NCBI GenBank assembly: GCA_964647595.1
Contig: CAZYGH010000005.1
Coordinates: forward strand, 34,961-98,960
Direction of reading: 5' to 3'
Origin: an uncultured Verrucomicrobiota bacterium
GTDB lineage: Bacteria > Verrucomicrobiota > Kiritimatiellia > CAIQIC01 > Lenti-01
DNA length: 64,000 nucleotides
Every line of letters begins with the position of its first letter. Positions within the stretch are counted from its first letter, which is position 1. Below, piece by piece: positions 1 to 9,471 of the stretch. A program made the translations under genes and the position numbers. The notes under the pieces were generated by a model that had not been told where the DNA came from, did no database searches, and saw only the letters and a list, made by a program, of their open reading frames with translations.

Positions 1-702
1 ATTGAAAAAAGTTTGGGCGAAGAGGGCCTGCGCAAATCCGTGGTAGTGGCCGTCACCTCCGACCAGTCCCCGCTCCTCCGCCGAAAGGGCGCGTCCACAG
101 CCATGGCCATTGCCGAATATTTCCGCGACCGGGGCGAGGACGTTCTCCTGCTCATGGATTCCGTGACCCGCTACGCCATGGCCCAGCGGGAAATCGGCTT
201 GGCCATCGGCGAACCCCCCACCACCAAGGGCTATCCCCCCAGCGTGTTTGGCATGCTGGCCCAACTGCTCGAACGTCCGGGCACCTCTCCACATGGCACC
301 ATCACGGCATTCTTCTCCGTCTTGGTCGAGGCCGACGACATGAACGACCCCATCGCCGACAGCGTACGCTCTATTCTCGACGGCCACATTGTGCTCTCGC
401 GCGAACTGGCCGAGGCTAACCACTATCCGGCCATTGACGTCCTGATGAGCATCAGCCGCTTGATGAGCGAAGTCGCCACGCCCAAGCAAGCCGAATGGGC
501 GGGCCGCCTGAAAGAATTGCTGTCGGTATATCGCCATGCAGAAGATCTCGTCAACGTGGGCGCCTATGTGGCGGGCTCCAATCCTCGCATCGATGAGGCG
601 CTCCGGAAGATGGATCCCATCCGCACTTTCTTGAGGCAACGGCCGTATGAAGTGTCGACCATGGAGAAGACCCTTGAGCTTCTGGAGAAGGTCGTGTCAT
701 GA
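1..702 (+). CDS. fliI: Flagellum-specific ATPase FliI, C-terminal part (5' end outside window)
   Basis: Frame is open from base 1. The product matches the C-terminal region of FliI/T3SS ATPases (LLLMDSVTRYAMAQREIGLAIGEPPTTKGYPPSVF..., HYPAIDVL) and is followed by fliJ. Confidence 0.88.
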   Translation: MEKSLGEEGLRKSVVVAVTSDQSPLLRRKGASTAMAIAEYFRDRGEDVLLLMDSVTRYAMAQREIGLAIGEPPTTKGYPPSVFGMLAQLLERPGTSPHGTITAFFSVLVEADDMNDPIADSVRSILDGHIVLSRELAEANHYPAIDVLMSISRLMSEVATPKQAEWAGRLKELLSVYRHAEDLVNVGAYVAGSNPRIDEALRKMDPIRTFLRQRPYEVSTMEKTLELLEKVVS

Positions 703-1196
703 AGCGCTTCAAATGCAGTTTGCAGCGCGTGATGGATGTCCGGGAAGTGGCTGTCAGCCAATGCGAAGCCATGTTGGCCGAATCCAATCGCGCGCTGAAC
801 GCCCGCCGGGCCGAGCATCAGAAATGCGATGCAGAATTGCATCAGGCCTCTGAAACCATCACGGCAGGAACGGGCAAAACGGTCCAGCCGTTTCGCGAGT
901 GCCTCGCCCAGCGGGCGTGGTTTCAACATTTGTCTGACCGGCTTCAACATGCCGCCCAAGCCACGCAGAAGGAAAGCGCGAAGGTGGATGTCCGCCGCGC
1001 GAACCTGAAAAAGGCGCTCCTCGAACACAAGGTCATCGAAAATCTGTCACGGCGCGAACGGTGCGACTGGTTGGAACAGGTTCGTCAGACCGAGCAAAAA
1101 ACAATGGATGAAGTGGCATCGGGCACCCGCGAACGCCGTAAGCATTCCGAACGCGCGGAAGCCTCCCCCTCCCATAACCCCGCGAGATCGCCATGA
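699..1196 (+). CDS. fliJ: Flagellar export chaperone FliJ-like (165 aa coiled-coil)
   Basis: ATGA overlap with fliI. Size and charged coiled-coil composition fit FliJ, and it sits immediately after fliI. Confidence 0.65.
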   Translation: MKRFKCSLQRVMDVREVAVSQCEAMLAESNRALNARRAEHQKCDAELHQASETITAGTGKTVQPFRECLAQRAWFQHLSDRLQHAAQATQKESAKVDVRRANLKKALLEHKVIENLSRRERCDWLEQVRQTEQKTMDEVASGTRERRKHSERAEASPSHNPARSP

Positions 1197-1807
1197 AATT
1201 TCTGGTGTTAGGTTTGAGCTTGTTTTGTGCCGCCCTCCTTTCCGCATTGGCGGCTATTTATGCTTCGGGGCGGCTGGAGAAAAAAGAGGAGCCCGCTCCC
1301 ACAGAAGTCACCGAGGTCAAGCCCGAAGTCCGCTCCACCATGTTTCCAGAGCAAAGCCGGGCTGTCGAAGAATTGATGAAGGCAATTGTTGCCCGACAAG
1401 AAGCCATGGGACGGCAAGAAACTCTCCTGAATGAGCGGGAAGAGCAAATCAAGCAAGAAACCGTTGTTCTGAATCGAATGCGCGACGAGCTGGCTCTCGC
1501 TCAAACGGAAATCGATGCCTACTTTACTAAGGTGGATGAAATGTCGCAGGGCTGGGATGACGACGAACGCAAAAACATGCGAAAACTCTCGGAATTCTAC
1601 GCCAAAATGGATCCGCAGAATGCCGCCAAGTTGCTCGCCAAAATTGAGCCCACACGCGTGGCGCGCATTTTGAGCAACCTTTCCGACCGCCAGGCGGCGG
1701 CCATTATGGATGCAACGGTAGCCTTGGGGCCGAATGGCATCGAACTTGCTGTAAAGTGGACAGAACTCATCCGCCAAATGAAAGAACCGCAGAAAACCTC
1801 GCCCTAA
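1193..1807 (+). CDS. Flagellar MotE/YlxF-like protein (N-terminal TM, MgtE-N-like helical domain)
   Basis: Position between fliJ and fliK matches B. subtilis ylxF. It has an N-terminal hydrophobic segment and a C-terminal KMDPQNAAKLLAKIEP...AAAIMD region resembling the MgtE_N / MotE fold. Confidence 0.5.
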   Translation: MKFLVLGLSLFCAALLSALAAIYASGRLEKKEEPAPTEVTEVKPEVRSTMFPEQSRAVEELMKAIVARQEAMGRQETLLNEREEQIKQETVVLNRMRDELALAQTEIDAYFTKVDEMSQGWDDDERKNMRKLSEFYAKMDPQNAAKLLAKIEPTRVARILSNLSDRQAAAIMDATVALGPNGIELAVKWTELIRQMKEPQKTSP

Positions 1808-1835
1808 TCTTAACCCTGCAATCTGGACCTAAGCC

Positions 1836-3353
1836 ATGTCGAACCTGATGAGTGTATTTCCGATTTCTTCGGGGGAATCTCCAAGCCTCCCTCCCCTGAC
1901 AGAGCGCAATACCCTCTATGGCGACGAGCGCCCGTTTGCACAATGGCTCGAGGAATCCTGTCGCGACCGTCCGCGCCAACCTCCTAAAGAGAATGCTCAG
2001 TCCAATGCCAACAAACAGGCCAAGCCTTCGCCCGACGAAACGGTTGTCCTCTCCGACTCTCCGGAACAGATGGTTTCAGATGTCGCCGATCTCGAGAGTG
2101 CGGCTCCAACCGAAACTCCACCCGAATCTCCCCTCTTACTGGCTCAGGGCCAGCCGGAGGCGCCCGCAACAGAAACTCCCGACATCGAGATGTCGGAGGA
2201 ATCCCTCCTCGAAACCGAAGAATCTGTCGTCCGAGTGTTGAATCCTCTCTTGAGTTCGGGCACTCCGTCTGCGAATTCGGCTGTTCCAACGCCCATTCAA
2301 AAGCCAGTTGAAACGGCAACCTCAACCCCCGCTGCAACCGATCCAGCGATGGAAGCAACTTCTCCTGCGTCCGTTCCAACTCCAACACCTGCTCCTGCGC
2401 AGGCACAAGCCGGAACCGAGGCCCAGCCCCCCGAATCCATTGATTCCGCTTCCCTCCCCTCCCCGGCCGCCTCCACGCCATCCGAAGCACCCGCTCTCCC
2501 TCCACAACAAGACGTGGACGTGGCCACCCTTTCGGAACCCGCCAAGGCGACAGAAAGCACACCCTCCCCGGATTGGACAGCAGAAGTCACAGATGAGATG
2601 ATCGAAACACCACCGCAAGAAATGGCCGATCCCGTCGCCATCGCCACGGCCCCCTCCGCTCCAGCCCCCGCGACATCGCCCGCATCCGAGACTCCCGCCA
2701 CAACTCAGGAAACCCCAGATACCACCGTGACGCAAGTGCCCGGAGCAGATACCTCGGAAGGCTTTAGCGGAGAGGGTTTCTCCCGCTCTTTCCAATCCCA
2801 CGAAGAGTCCCTCGCCCATGCTGCCCTTCAGCCCCCCCCCCCTGTTGGAACAAGCGAAACCTTGGCCTCAGAAGCGCCCGCCCCGGTCCCCCTCCCATCC
2901 ACAATGGGCGGACCGCTTCCCTCCTTTATGCAACCGGCCCTTCTGGCTCAACAGTTGGATCGGTTCGTTTTGCATTCGGTTCGCTCCGATTCCCACAGCA
3001 TTCGCATCGAACTCGAACCCGTTTCACTGGGTCGCGTAACGTTGCAATGCCGAGAAACAAGCGACGGTCTCAGCGTCGAAATTCAAGTGCAAAACAATCA
3101 AATCCGCTCGCTCCTCTCCGCCCAAGAGCAAGACTTGCGGAATAGTTTGGAATCGCAAGGAATGCAGATGGGCAAGTTCTCGGTGACTTGCCGCGATGGC
3201 GAAGGCCGTTCGGACAGCGATCGGCCAAGTCAACACCGAGAGCCCGATTCGTCGGACACAGAAGGCCGCCGGGTCGAAACCAAGTCAACATCAGGAACAT
3301 CGGGTTCCGAGCGCGGAACGCGCTTGGGCATGAGAAACCGCTGGGTGGCATAA
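1836..3353 (+). CDS. fliK: Flagellar hook-length control protein FliK (Pro/Ala/Thr/Ser-rich)
   Basis: Long low-complexity P/A/T/S-rich N-terminal region. The C-terminal domain (LLAQQLDRFVLHSVRSDSHSIRIELEPVSLGRVTLQC...VEIQVQNNQIRSLL) is typical of Flg_hook/FliK_C, and the gene precedes flgD. Confidence 0.75.
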   Translation: MSNLMSVFPISSGESPSLPPLTERNTLYGDERPFAQWLEESCRDRPRQPPKENAQSNANKQAKPSPDETVVLSDSPEQMVSDVADLESAAPTETPPESPLLLAQGQPEAPATETPDIEMSEESLLETEESVVRVLNPLLSSGTPSANSAVPTPIQKPVETATSTPAATDPAMEATSPASVPTPTPAPAQAQAGTEAQPPESIDSASLPSPAASTPSEAPALPPQQDVDVATLSEPAKATESTPSPDWTAEVTDEMIETPPQEMADPVAIATAPSAPAPATSPASETPATTQETPDTTVTQVPGADTSEGFSGEGFSRSFQSHEESLAHAALQPPPPVGTSETLASEAPAPVPLPSTMGGPLPSFMQPALLAQQLDRFVLHSVRSDSHSIRIELEPVSLGRVTLQCRETSDGLSVEIQVQNNQIRSLLSAQEQDLRNSLESQGMQMGKFSVTCRDGEGRSDSDRPSQHREPDSSDTEGRRVETKSTSGTSGSERGTRLGMRNRWVA

Positions 3354-3377
3354 CGCACCCATTAGGAGGAGCTGAAG

Positions 3378-3923
3378 ATGGATAGCATCAATGGAATTTC
3401 AAATGTGGTGACCCCGGTGGATATCAATACGTTGTCCCCCAAGGATCAGGCGGCGCTTCTGGCCATTCAGGAGCAGGAAGACGCAAAGCCAGGCGGCGCT
3501 CTAGGCAAGGATGAATTCCTCAACCTGCTCGTCACGCAGTTGTCCAATCAAGATCCTCTGGATCCGATGGACAGCAGCGAAAGCATTGCCCAGCTTGCTC
3601 AATTCAGCGCCTTGGAACAAATGCAAAACGTGGGCGATCAAATCCAGTCCTTGCGTCAGGCCAGCGGCTTGACCGATGCCATGCTCCTCCAAGGGCAGAC
3701 CGTGGAGGCCATCGATGGCAATGGCGTGGTCTATTCCGGCGTGGTAGACAGCGCCGTTTGGGGCTCCACGGGCCTTGTACTTACCATTGGCGGAACCAAG
3801 GTTCCCATGTCCAACATTGTCGAATTGAAGCTTACCGAGCTCCAAGAAGAAGCCACGGAGGAAGACGAAACCGTCTTCCCCTCCAACGCCGAGTCCACCA
3901 CCGAACCTGTCGAAGCAACCTAA
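3378..3923 (+). CDS. flgD: Flagellar hook assembly/capping protein FlgD
   Basis: Carries the FlgD signature GKDEFLNLLVTQLSNQDPLDPMD. An RBS-like aggagg lies upstream. Confidence 0.85.
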   Translation: MDSINGISNVVTPVDINTLSPKDQAALLAIQEQEDAKPGGALGKDEFLNLLVTQLSNQDPLDPMDSSESIAQLAQFSALEQMQNVGDQIQSLRQASGLTDAMLLQGQTVEAIDGNGVVYSGVVDSAVWGSTGLVLTIGGTKVPMSNIVELKLTELQEEATEEDETVFPSNAESTTEPVEAT

Positions 3924-3946
3924 ACCGAAAATAGAGGAGAAAAACC

Positions 3947-4786
3947 ATGCTACCTTCCATGTACAGCGGCGTATCAGGATTGCTTACGCATCAACAACGA
4001 ATGAACGTCATCGGCAACGATATTTCCAACGTCAACACCGTTGGCTATAAGCAGAGCGACGTATCCTTCAAAGAAGCCTATGTTCAAACCCTGCGGGCCC
4101 CCGCTCCCGGCACACCCGGCCAGCAGGTTGGATTGGGCGTGCAAATGGGCCAGATTGCCAAAGATTTCAGCGGAGGTGCCCTCATGCAAACGGGTACTGC
4201 CTCGAACTTTGCTGTTTCTGGAAATGGATTTTTTGTCGTATCCGACCCCGGTAGCGCACAGCAATACTTTTCCCGTGCGGGCGACTTCGTCCTCGATGTG
4301 GACGAAGCAACTAACGAGACCCACCTCATCACATCCGAGGGGCGCAGACTGCAAGGCGTGATGGGTGGCCCCCCCGCTCCCGATCTCACGGGCCTCACCA
4401 TGGCCGACATGCAGGACATCGTTCTGCCCGCCAATACCACGGCCTACTCGGTCGGCATGGACGGCACGATCTATATCTCCGTTGACGGTGCCGCGCCCGT
4501 GGCCTCCGGACGCATTGCGCTGGCCAATTTTGAAAACCCCGGCGGACTGCTTTCTGTAGGGAGTAATCTCTATCAGGAGACGGCCGCCGCCAGTATCCGA
4601 GCCTTCACCAACCCGGGCGATGCCGGAACGGGCCAAGTCTTTCAGGGCTATGTCGAAAATTCGAATGTTGACTTGGCGAATGAATTTACGGATATGATCA
4701 TCACCCAAAGAGGTTTCCAGGCCAATTCCCGCACGATTACCACGTCGGATGAAATGTTGCAGGAACTGCTATCTCTGAAACGGTAA
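3947..4786 (+). CDS. flgE: Flagellar hook protein FlgE (short form, 279 aa)
   Basis: N-terminus MLPSMYSGVSGLLTHQQRMNVIGNDISNVNTVGYK and C-terminus ANEFTDMIITQRGFQANSRTITTSDEMLQELLSLK are the conserved FlgE/rod-hook D0 helices. Confidence 0.82.
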   Translation: MLPSMYSGVSGLLTHQQRMNVIGNDISNVNTVGYKQSDVSFKEAYVQTLRAPAPGTPGQQVGLGVQMGQIAKDFSGGALMQTGTASNFAVSGNGFFVVSDPGSAQQYFSRAGDFVLDVDEATNETHLITSEGRRLQGVMGGPPAPDLTGLTMADMQDIVLPANTTAYSVGMDGTIYISVDGAAPVASGRIALANFENPGGLLSVGSNLYQETAAASIRAFTNPGDAGTGQVFQGYVENSNVDLANEFTDMIITQRGFQANSRTITTSDEMLQELLSLKR

Positions 4787-4797
4787 GGAGTTAAGGA

Positions 4798-5034
4798 ATG
4801 ATCATCTGCTCGGACCTTCACGGTCGCCCTCTGTATATCAATCCAGATTTGCTGGAACGCATCGAGCTAACCCCAGACACGCAGCTCGTGTTCGTCAACG
4901 GCAAGCGGACGTTCGTGAAGGAAGCTCCCGAACTTATTGTCGATCGAATCGTGGCCTTTCGGCAACGAACCGGCGTCTGCAATGCCGTCCCAATCTGGCG
5001 GAAAGAAGTCGTTGCCGATTCAGGCAAGGAATAA
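4798..5034 (+). CDS. flbD: Flagellar protein FlbD
   Basis: 78 aa. The MII...LHGRPLYINPDLLERIELTPDTQLVFVNGKRTFVKE pattern matches FlbD (MI.LT.LNG..F.IN.D.IE..PDT.I.L.NGKK), and it sits immediately upstream of motA. Confidence 0.78.
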   Translation: MIICSDLHGRPLYINPDLLERIELTPDTQLVFVNGKRTFVKEAPELIVDRIVAFRQRTGVCNAVPIWRKEVVADSGKE

Positions 5035-5040
5035 CACGGT

Positions 5041-5805
5041 ATGGATCTCGGGACACTATTAGGTATTCTCTTTGGTGCGGGAATTGTCGTGGGCGCCATC
5101 GCCATTGGCGGTGGCGCCGGCTTTTTCGACGTCCCGTCCTTGATGATTACGATCGGTGGTGCGCTTTCCGCCACGCTGATTAACTTCCCCTTACCCAAAA
5201 TCATCCGCACCATGGGCGTCGTTCGCAAGGCGTTCATGAGCCGGGACAAAGACTATCTGGCCGTCTTTAATCGCTTGTCGGACTTTGCCGTACGCGCTCG
5301 GCGCGACGGCATCCTCGGCCTCGAAAGCGATGTGGAAACTCTGGACGATCCCTTCATGCAGAAGGGGCTGCGAATGGCCGTGGACGGCAACTCCGCAGAA
5401 GTGATCGAAGCCGTTCTCGAGCAGGATATCGTCTCCATGGTGGAACGCCATCAGGTTGGCCATGGCATCTTTGCGGCCTTGGCCAATTATGCTCCCGCCT
5501 TCGGCATGATTGGAACGCTGATCGGCTTGGTTCAGATGCTTCGCAATTTGAGCGATCCTAGCGCGATCGGCATGGGCATGGCGGTGGCGTTAATCACCAC
5601 ACTCTATGGCGCGCTGGTGGCCAATCTGATCGCATTGCCTATTCAAGGCAAATTGGAACAACGAACGGCAGAAGAAGTGGCACTCCGGCGCATGGTACTC
5701 CAAGGCATCCTGTCCATCCAACAGGGCGACAGCCCGCGTGTGGCCCAAGAGAAACTGCGTAGCTATCTGCCTCCCTCTCTGCGGGCAAAAGCGGAAAGTT
5801 CATGA
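5041..5805 (+). CDS. motA: Flagellar motor stator protein MotA
   Basis: Four TM segments with MotA/TolQ/ExbB family motifs (ANYAPAFGMIGTLIGLVQML). Confidence 0.85.
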   Translation: MDLGTLLGILFGAGIVVGAIAIGGGAGFFDVPSLMITIGGALSATLINFPLPKIIRTMGVVRKAFMSRDKDYLAVFNRLSDFAVRARRDGILGLESDVETLDDPFMQKGLRMAVDGNSAEVIEAVLEQDIVSMVERHQVGHGIFAALANYAPAFGMIGTLIGLVQMLRNLSDPSAIGMGMAVALITTLYGALVANLIALPIQGKLEQRTAEEVALRRMVLQGILSIQQGDSPRVAQEKLRSYLPPSLRAKAESS

Positions 5806-6602
5806 GCGCAAAAGAACTCCCACCCAAAAAAGCCGCAATCGGTTGCCCGGGGTGGATGATGACCTTCGGCGACTGCATGTCGCTGCTGGTCACCTTCTTT
5901 GTGATGATGATCGCCTTCTCCTCCATGGAAGAAGAACGCTTGGCCGCCATGATTGGTGTGCTTCAAGGCGCCTTCGGCGTGTCCGATGTTCTCGAGCCCC
6001 CCGGTTTGGTGGAGCGCAAGGCCATCAGCGATACGGAAGTGGCCTCTCCAGAAGATCAGGATGCTTCCATCCGCGGAGAATCCGAACAACTCCATTTTTT
6101 AACGCCCGACGAAATGGCCAACGCGGTGCCCGATTTCATCAACGAAATTCGCCCCAATTCCGTCGAGCTCATGTCGGACCGCATCTTAATCCAAATGCTG
6201 GACGAAGGCCTCTCCATCGTGTTGGAAACAACAAACTTGTTTGTGGAAGGAACCGCCACGTGGCAAAAAGATTTTGGTCCGCTGTGGCAAGGCATCAGCG
6301 CCCTCCTTCAAGGACGCGGAAATGAAATCCGGATCACGTCCATGACCAGCGCCTCGGCCCCGGTTGAACATACCGTGGCCGCAACCAGTTGGGGCCTCGG
6401 CGTTGTTCGTGCTGACCACATTGCCCATGAACTGCAAACCGTCATGAAATCCCCCGCCTCCCGTTTTGGTGTGGGGGTTCAGGTCTATGACGATGAATCT
6501 AAAAATGCCCGAAATGACCACGTCGAAATCCTGATCATGGAAAAGGCAAAGGTCACCGATGTCGGCTCCGAAACCTCCTGGCCCAAGGGGATGTTCCGGT
6601 GA
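5802..6602 (+). CDS. motB: MotB-like stator protein (TM + plug region; no recognisable OmpA-like peptidoglycan-binding domain)
   Basis: ATGA overlap with motA. The N-terminus GWMMTFGDCMSLLVTFFVMMIAFSS is MotB TM/plug-like. The C-terminal half lacks the NxxLSxxRAxxV motif. Confidence 0.62.
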   Translation: MSAKELPPKKAAIGCPGWMMTFGDCMSLLVTFFVMMIAFSSMEEERLAAMIGVLQGAFGVSDVLEPPGLVERKAISDTEVASPEDQDASIRGESEQLHFLTPDEMANAVPDFINEIRPNSVELMSDRILIQMLDEGLSIVLETTNLFVEGTATWQKDFGPLWQGISALLQGRGNEIRITSMTSASAPVEHTVAATSWGLGVVRADHIAHELQTVMKSPASRFGVGVQVYDDESKNARNDHVEILIMEKAKVTDVGSETSWPKGMFR

Positions 6603-7306
6603 AAAAGCGATCTGCTCCAGCCAAAAAACCGGCGCCCACCGCTCCTGCCTATATGGCCCAATATACGGCCTTGATGACCATTCTGCTGGCCTTCTTCATT
6701 CTCATGCTCACCATGGGACACGAAAAAACATCCGGTTTCAAAGATGGCGTCGGCGATATCAAAAATCTGCTGGAGTTGTCCGGGGGCGGAAATGGATTGA
6801 TGAATTTCTGGCGCACCATGCGCAGACCCGGCCTTCCCATGAAGCTGAGCGTCGATGAGACACCCGGCGCCCAACTGGTCGGCTACGAAGAAGATGCCGT
6901 AGATCAGTTCAGTCTGGATGCCACCAGCATCAACAAAATTGGCTTCATGGATGACCGTCAAACCCTACGCCTACATTCCTCGATCCGGTTCGAACCGGGT
7001 CAAGTGCGGATGGATCGTAGCACCCAATACGCACTTGACCAGGCGATTGCCACAATTTACTCTCTCCAAGAATATAATGTTGTGGTGTGCGCATTGGTGA
7101 GTTCGGGTAAACCGGAAGCGGATCGCCTGTTGGCGGCCCAGCGAGCAGCGTGGCTGGTTCGTCATATCACGACCAGCGCGCAAATCCCGCGAGACCGAAT
7201 CCGTGCGCTCGGCCAAGTGGGTAGTCTAGTAGACAAGGAAAGTGGCGAACCCGTTGAGGTCTTGTTGTTGTTGCGCGATAAACGCGATGACATCAATGGC
7301 GTCTAA
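6599..7306 (+). CDS. Second MotB-like protein with degenerate OmpA-like C-terminus
   Basis: ATGA overlap with the preceding gene. The N-terminus AYMAQYTALMTILLAFFILML matches the MotB plug/TM consensus. The C-terminal ADRLLAAQRAAWLVRHITTSAQIPRDRIRALGQ resembles OmpA_C (LSxxRAxxVxxyL...Ri...G). Confidence 0.55.
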   Translation: MKKRSAPAKKPAPTAPAYMAQYTALMTILLAFFILMLTMGHEKTSGFKDGVGDIKNLLELSGGGNGLMNFWRTMRRPGLPMKLSVDETPGAQLVGYEEDAVDQFSLDATSINKIGFMDDRQTLRLHSSIRFEPGQVRMDRSTQYALDQAIATIYSLQEYNVVVCALVSSGKPEADRLLAAQRAAWLVRHITTSAQIPRDRIRALGQVGSLVDKESGEPVEVLLLLRDKRDDINGV

Positions 7307-7333
7307 AGGTTCAGAACAAAGAGGTTCACGATC

Positions 7334-7852
7334 ATGGCACAAAACAATGATGACCTGATGGATGGAGATGAGAAGCCTTCCGCAGCAAAGGCCAAACCGG
7401 CGGCGAAAAAAAAGGGACCTCTTCTCTTAATCGTATTTGGCCTGCTGGTCATGATCATTGCACCGCTCACCGTCTTGTTTCTCGTTAAGCCATCCGCAGA
7501 GAAAAAGGACGGAGAAGAGGCCGTTCAAAAGCCAGCGCCCCAGCCCGTCGTGATGGCCATTGAACCGCTGGTAGTCAACATTTCCGGAACGCGCATGACA
7601 CGCGTCCTGCGCATTCAGGTACACCTCATTCTGAGCGAACCTCGCCTCGAAGAAGTGATCAAGGAAATGATGCCCATGGTCAAGGATCGCATCATGAGCA
7701 CCGCCGGGCGTCGTACCTTGGACGAATTGGAGGGAGTGGATGATCGCGAGTCCATGAAGCGTGACATTGCCCTCGAAATCAACAGCCTGATTCGTAGCCG
7801 CATGGCAGGCAGTGTGCTGGATGTAGCCTTTAGCGAGTTCCTCATCCAATAG
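7334..7852 (+). CDS. fliL: Flagellar basal-body protein FliL
   Basis: Single TM (LLLIVFGLLVMIIAPLTVLF) followed by the IEPLVVNISGTR...LRIQVHLIL pattern typical of FliL. It lies between motB and fliM. Confidence 0.8.
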   Translation: MAQNNDDLMDGDEKPSAAKAKPAAKKKGPLLLIVFGLLVMIIAPLTVLFLVKPSAEKKDGEEAVQKPAPQPVVMAIEPLVVNISGTRMTRVLRIQVHLILSEPRLEEVIKEMMPMVKDRIMSTAGRRTLDELEGVDDRESMKRDIALEINSLIRSRMAGSVLDVAFSEFLIQ

Positions 7853-7861
7853 ATTGGCCCC

Positions 7862-8998
7862 ATGTCTGAACAACTCACACAAGCTGAAATCGATGCGCTA
7901 CGCAATGCCGTGCGCTCGGGAGAGATGGCGGTTGTTCAAGAAACCAAAACAGCCACGCCATCGGATGACATCAAAGTCATTTCCTACGACTTTCGCAAGC
8001 CGAAGCTCCTTTCGGCTGAACGGATGGTCAAGCTACAACTGGTCCACCAGCTCTTGCTCAAAAACCTGCAAACCATGCTCTTTTCGATGTTCAAGATTGC
8101 GGGGGAGTCCAAGCTCAGCGCACTGGAGCAGGTTTCCTACGGCGAATATATGCTGTCCCTCTCTCCCCCCACCTATCTGCTCAGCATTCAGGCCAATCCC
8201 GAAGTCGGCACCTTCGGCGTGGAATTAAGCCCTCCCATGGGTCAAATGTTGCTCGATATGCTCCTCGGCGGCGATGGCGTGGCCGCTTCCACAAGTCCCC
8301 CACACGAATTCAGCGCCTTCGAAATGGAAATCATGCGCACCCTGAGCGATCGGCTCTTGGAAGAGTTGGAGTTGGCGTGGAAGCAAATGCATGAGGTCAA
8401 TTTTCAAATCATTGCCCAAGGGGTATCGCCCGAACAAGTCCAAATCGCCCCGCCCGACACCCCTTGCCTGATTGCCGTGATTGATTTGCGGTTGAACGAA
8501 AAGTCCGTTCGAATGCAATTCTGCTATCCGTTCAACATGCTTCAGATCCTTTTTGAACGCGCGGAAACCACCCGCGACGATCAAGCCGGAAAACGGTCCG
8601 GCATCCGGCAAAAGGTGTTGCGCGCCGTGCAGGCCACCCCCCTTCCCTCCAATGTGGAACTGGGCCGGGCCCTGATGACCGCTGGCGAATTGGGCAGTTT
8701 GTGCGTTGGCGATGTCATCAAGCTGGACCAACCCACCGGTGATCCCCTTCGTCTCAATATCGGAGACCGAATGATTGGAAGCGCTTTCGTAGGCTCCCGC
8801 CGCGGCCGACTGGTCGCGGGCATCAACCACATCATGCGCCCCAACCAATCGCCTACCGACAAGCGACCGCCGACGCCGACGCCCGCCCCTACATCGGCGC
8901 CGACGCCCGCGCCCACCCCCTCCGCTGCCCCTCCCCGCCCACCGGTCCGCCCGCCGGAAAAACCTCAGCCCGATAAATCGAAAGGCCATCCATCATGA
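7862..8998 (+). CDS. fliM: Flagellar motor switch protein FliM (with Pro-rich C-terminal tail)
   Basis: Carries the N-terminal CheY-P binding motif LTQAEIDALR and the conserved ISYDFRKPKLLSAERMVKLQLVHQ... core. Confidence 0.9.
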   Translation: MSEQLTQAEIDALRNAVRSGEMAVVQETKTATPSDDIKVISYDFRKPKLLSAERMVKLQLVHQLLLKNLQTMLFSMFKIAGESKLSALEQVSYGEYMLSLSPPTYLLSIQANPEVGTFGVELSPPMGQMLLDMLLGGDGVAASTSPPHEFSAFEMEIMRTLSDRLLEELELAWKQMHEVNFQIIAQGVSPEQVQIAPPDTPCLIAVIDLRLNEKSVRMQFCYPFNMLQILFERAETTRDDQAGKRSGIRQKVLRAVQATPLPSNVELGRALMTAGELGSLCVGDVIKLDQPTGDPLRLNIGDRMIGSAFVGSRRGRLVAGINHIMRPNQSPTDKRPPTPTPAPTSAPTPAPTPSAAPPRPPVRPPEKPQPDKSKGHPS

Positions 8999-9435
8999 CC
9001 GACCCTAATCAAGATCCCTCCATCAGCGAAATCGAACGCCAAATGGCGGCCATGCTCGAAGAGAGCGAGCTGAGCGAAAAGCCGCAGCCCAAGACCCCTC
9101 CTCCCGCTTCCGGCCCCGTCATTCATCGGGTTGAAATGGATGAGGTCAAAACCGTGCCCCGTGCCGCTCCCGACCCAGACGGTAATCTGAAGCTCATTCT
9201 CGATATTGCGGTGGAAATCCGCGTCGAAGTCGGCAACTCGCGCCTCACCATCAGCGAGTTACTCAATCTGGCCCCCGGCTCCATCATTGAACTGGATCGC
9301 ACCGCCGGCAGCCCCGCCGACCTGCTGGTGAACGGCACCAAAATCGGCCAGGGCGATGTTGTTGTCGTCGACGAAAGCTATGGCATTCGCCTCACCAAGC
9401 TGGTCGATCCGCAGGACCGCATCAACTCGCTTTGA
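8995..9435 (+). CDS. fliN: Flagellar motor switch protein FliN
   Basis: The SpoA/FliN C-terminal domain (LILDIAVEIRVEVGNSRLTISELLNLAPGSIIELDRTAGSPADLLVNGTKIGQGDVVVVDESYGIRLTKL) is present. Confidence 0.87.
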   Translation: MTDPNQDPSISEIERQMAAMLEESELSEKPQPKTPPPASGPVIHRVEMDEVKTVPRAAPDPDGNLKLILDIAVEIRVEVGNSRLTISELLNLAPGSIIELDRTAGSPADLLVNGTKIGQGDVVVVDESYGIRLTKLVDPQDRINSL

Positions 9436-9471
9436 ACCCCGCCCCCATGTGCCGCCTGTTGAATCCATAGC

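Noticed and set aside
8225-8989. 254-aa minus-strand ORF overlapping fliM
   Set aside because: G/R-rich antisense artefact. FliM on the plus strand is unambiguous.
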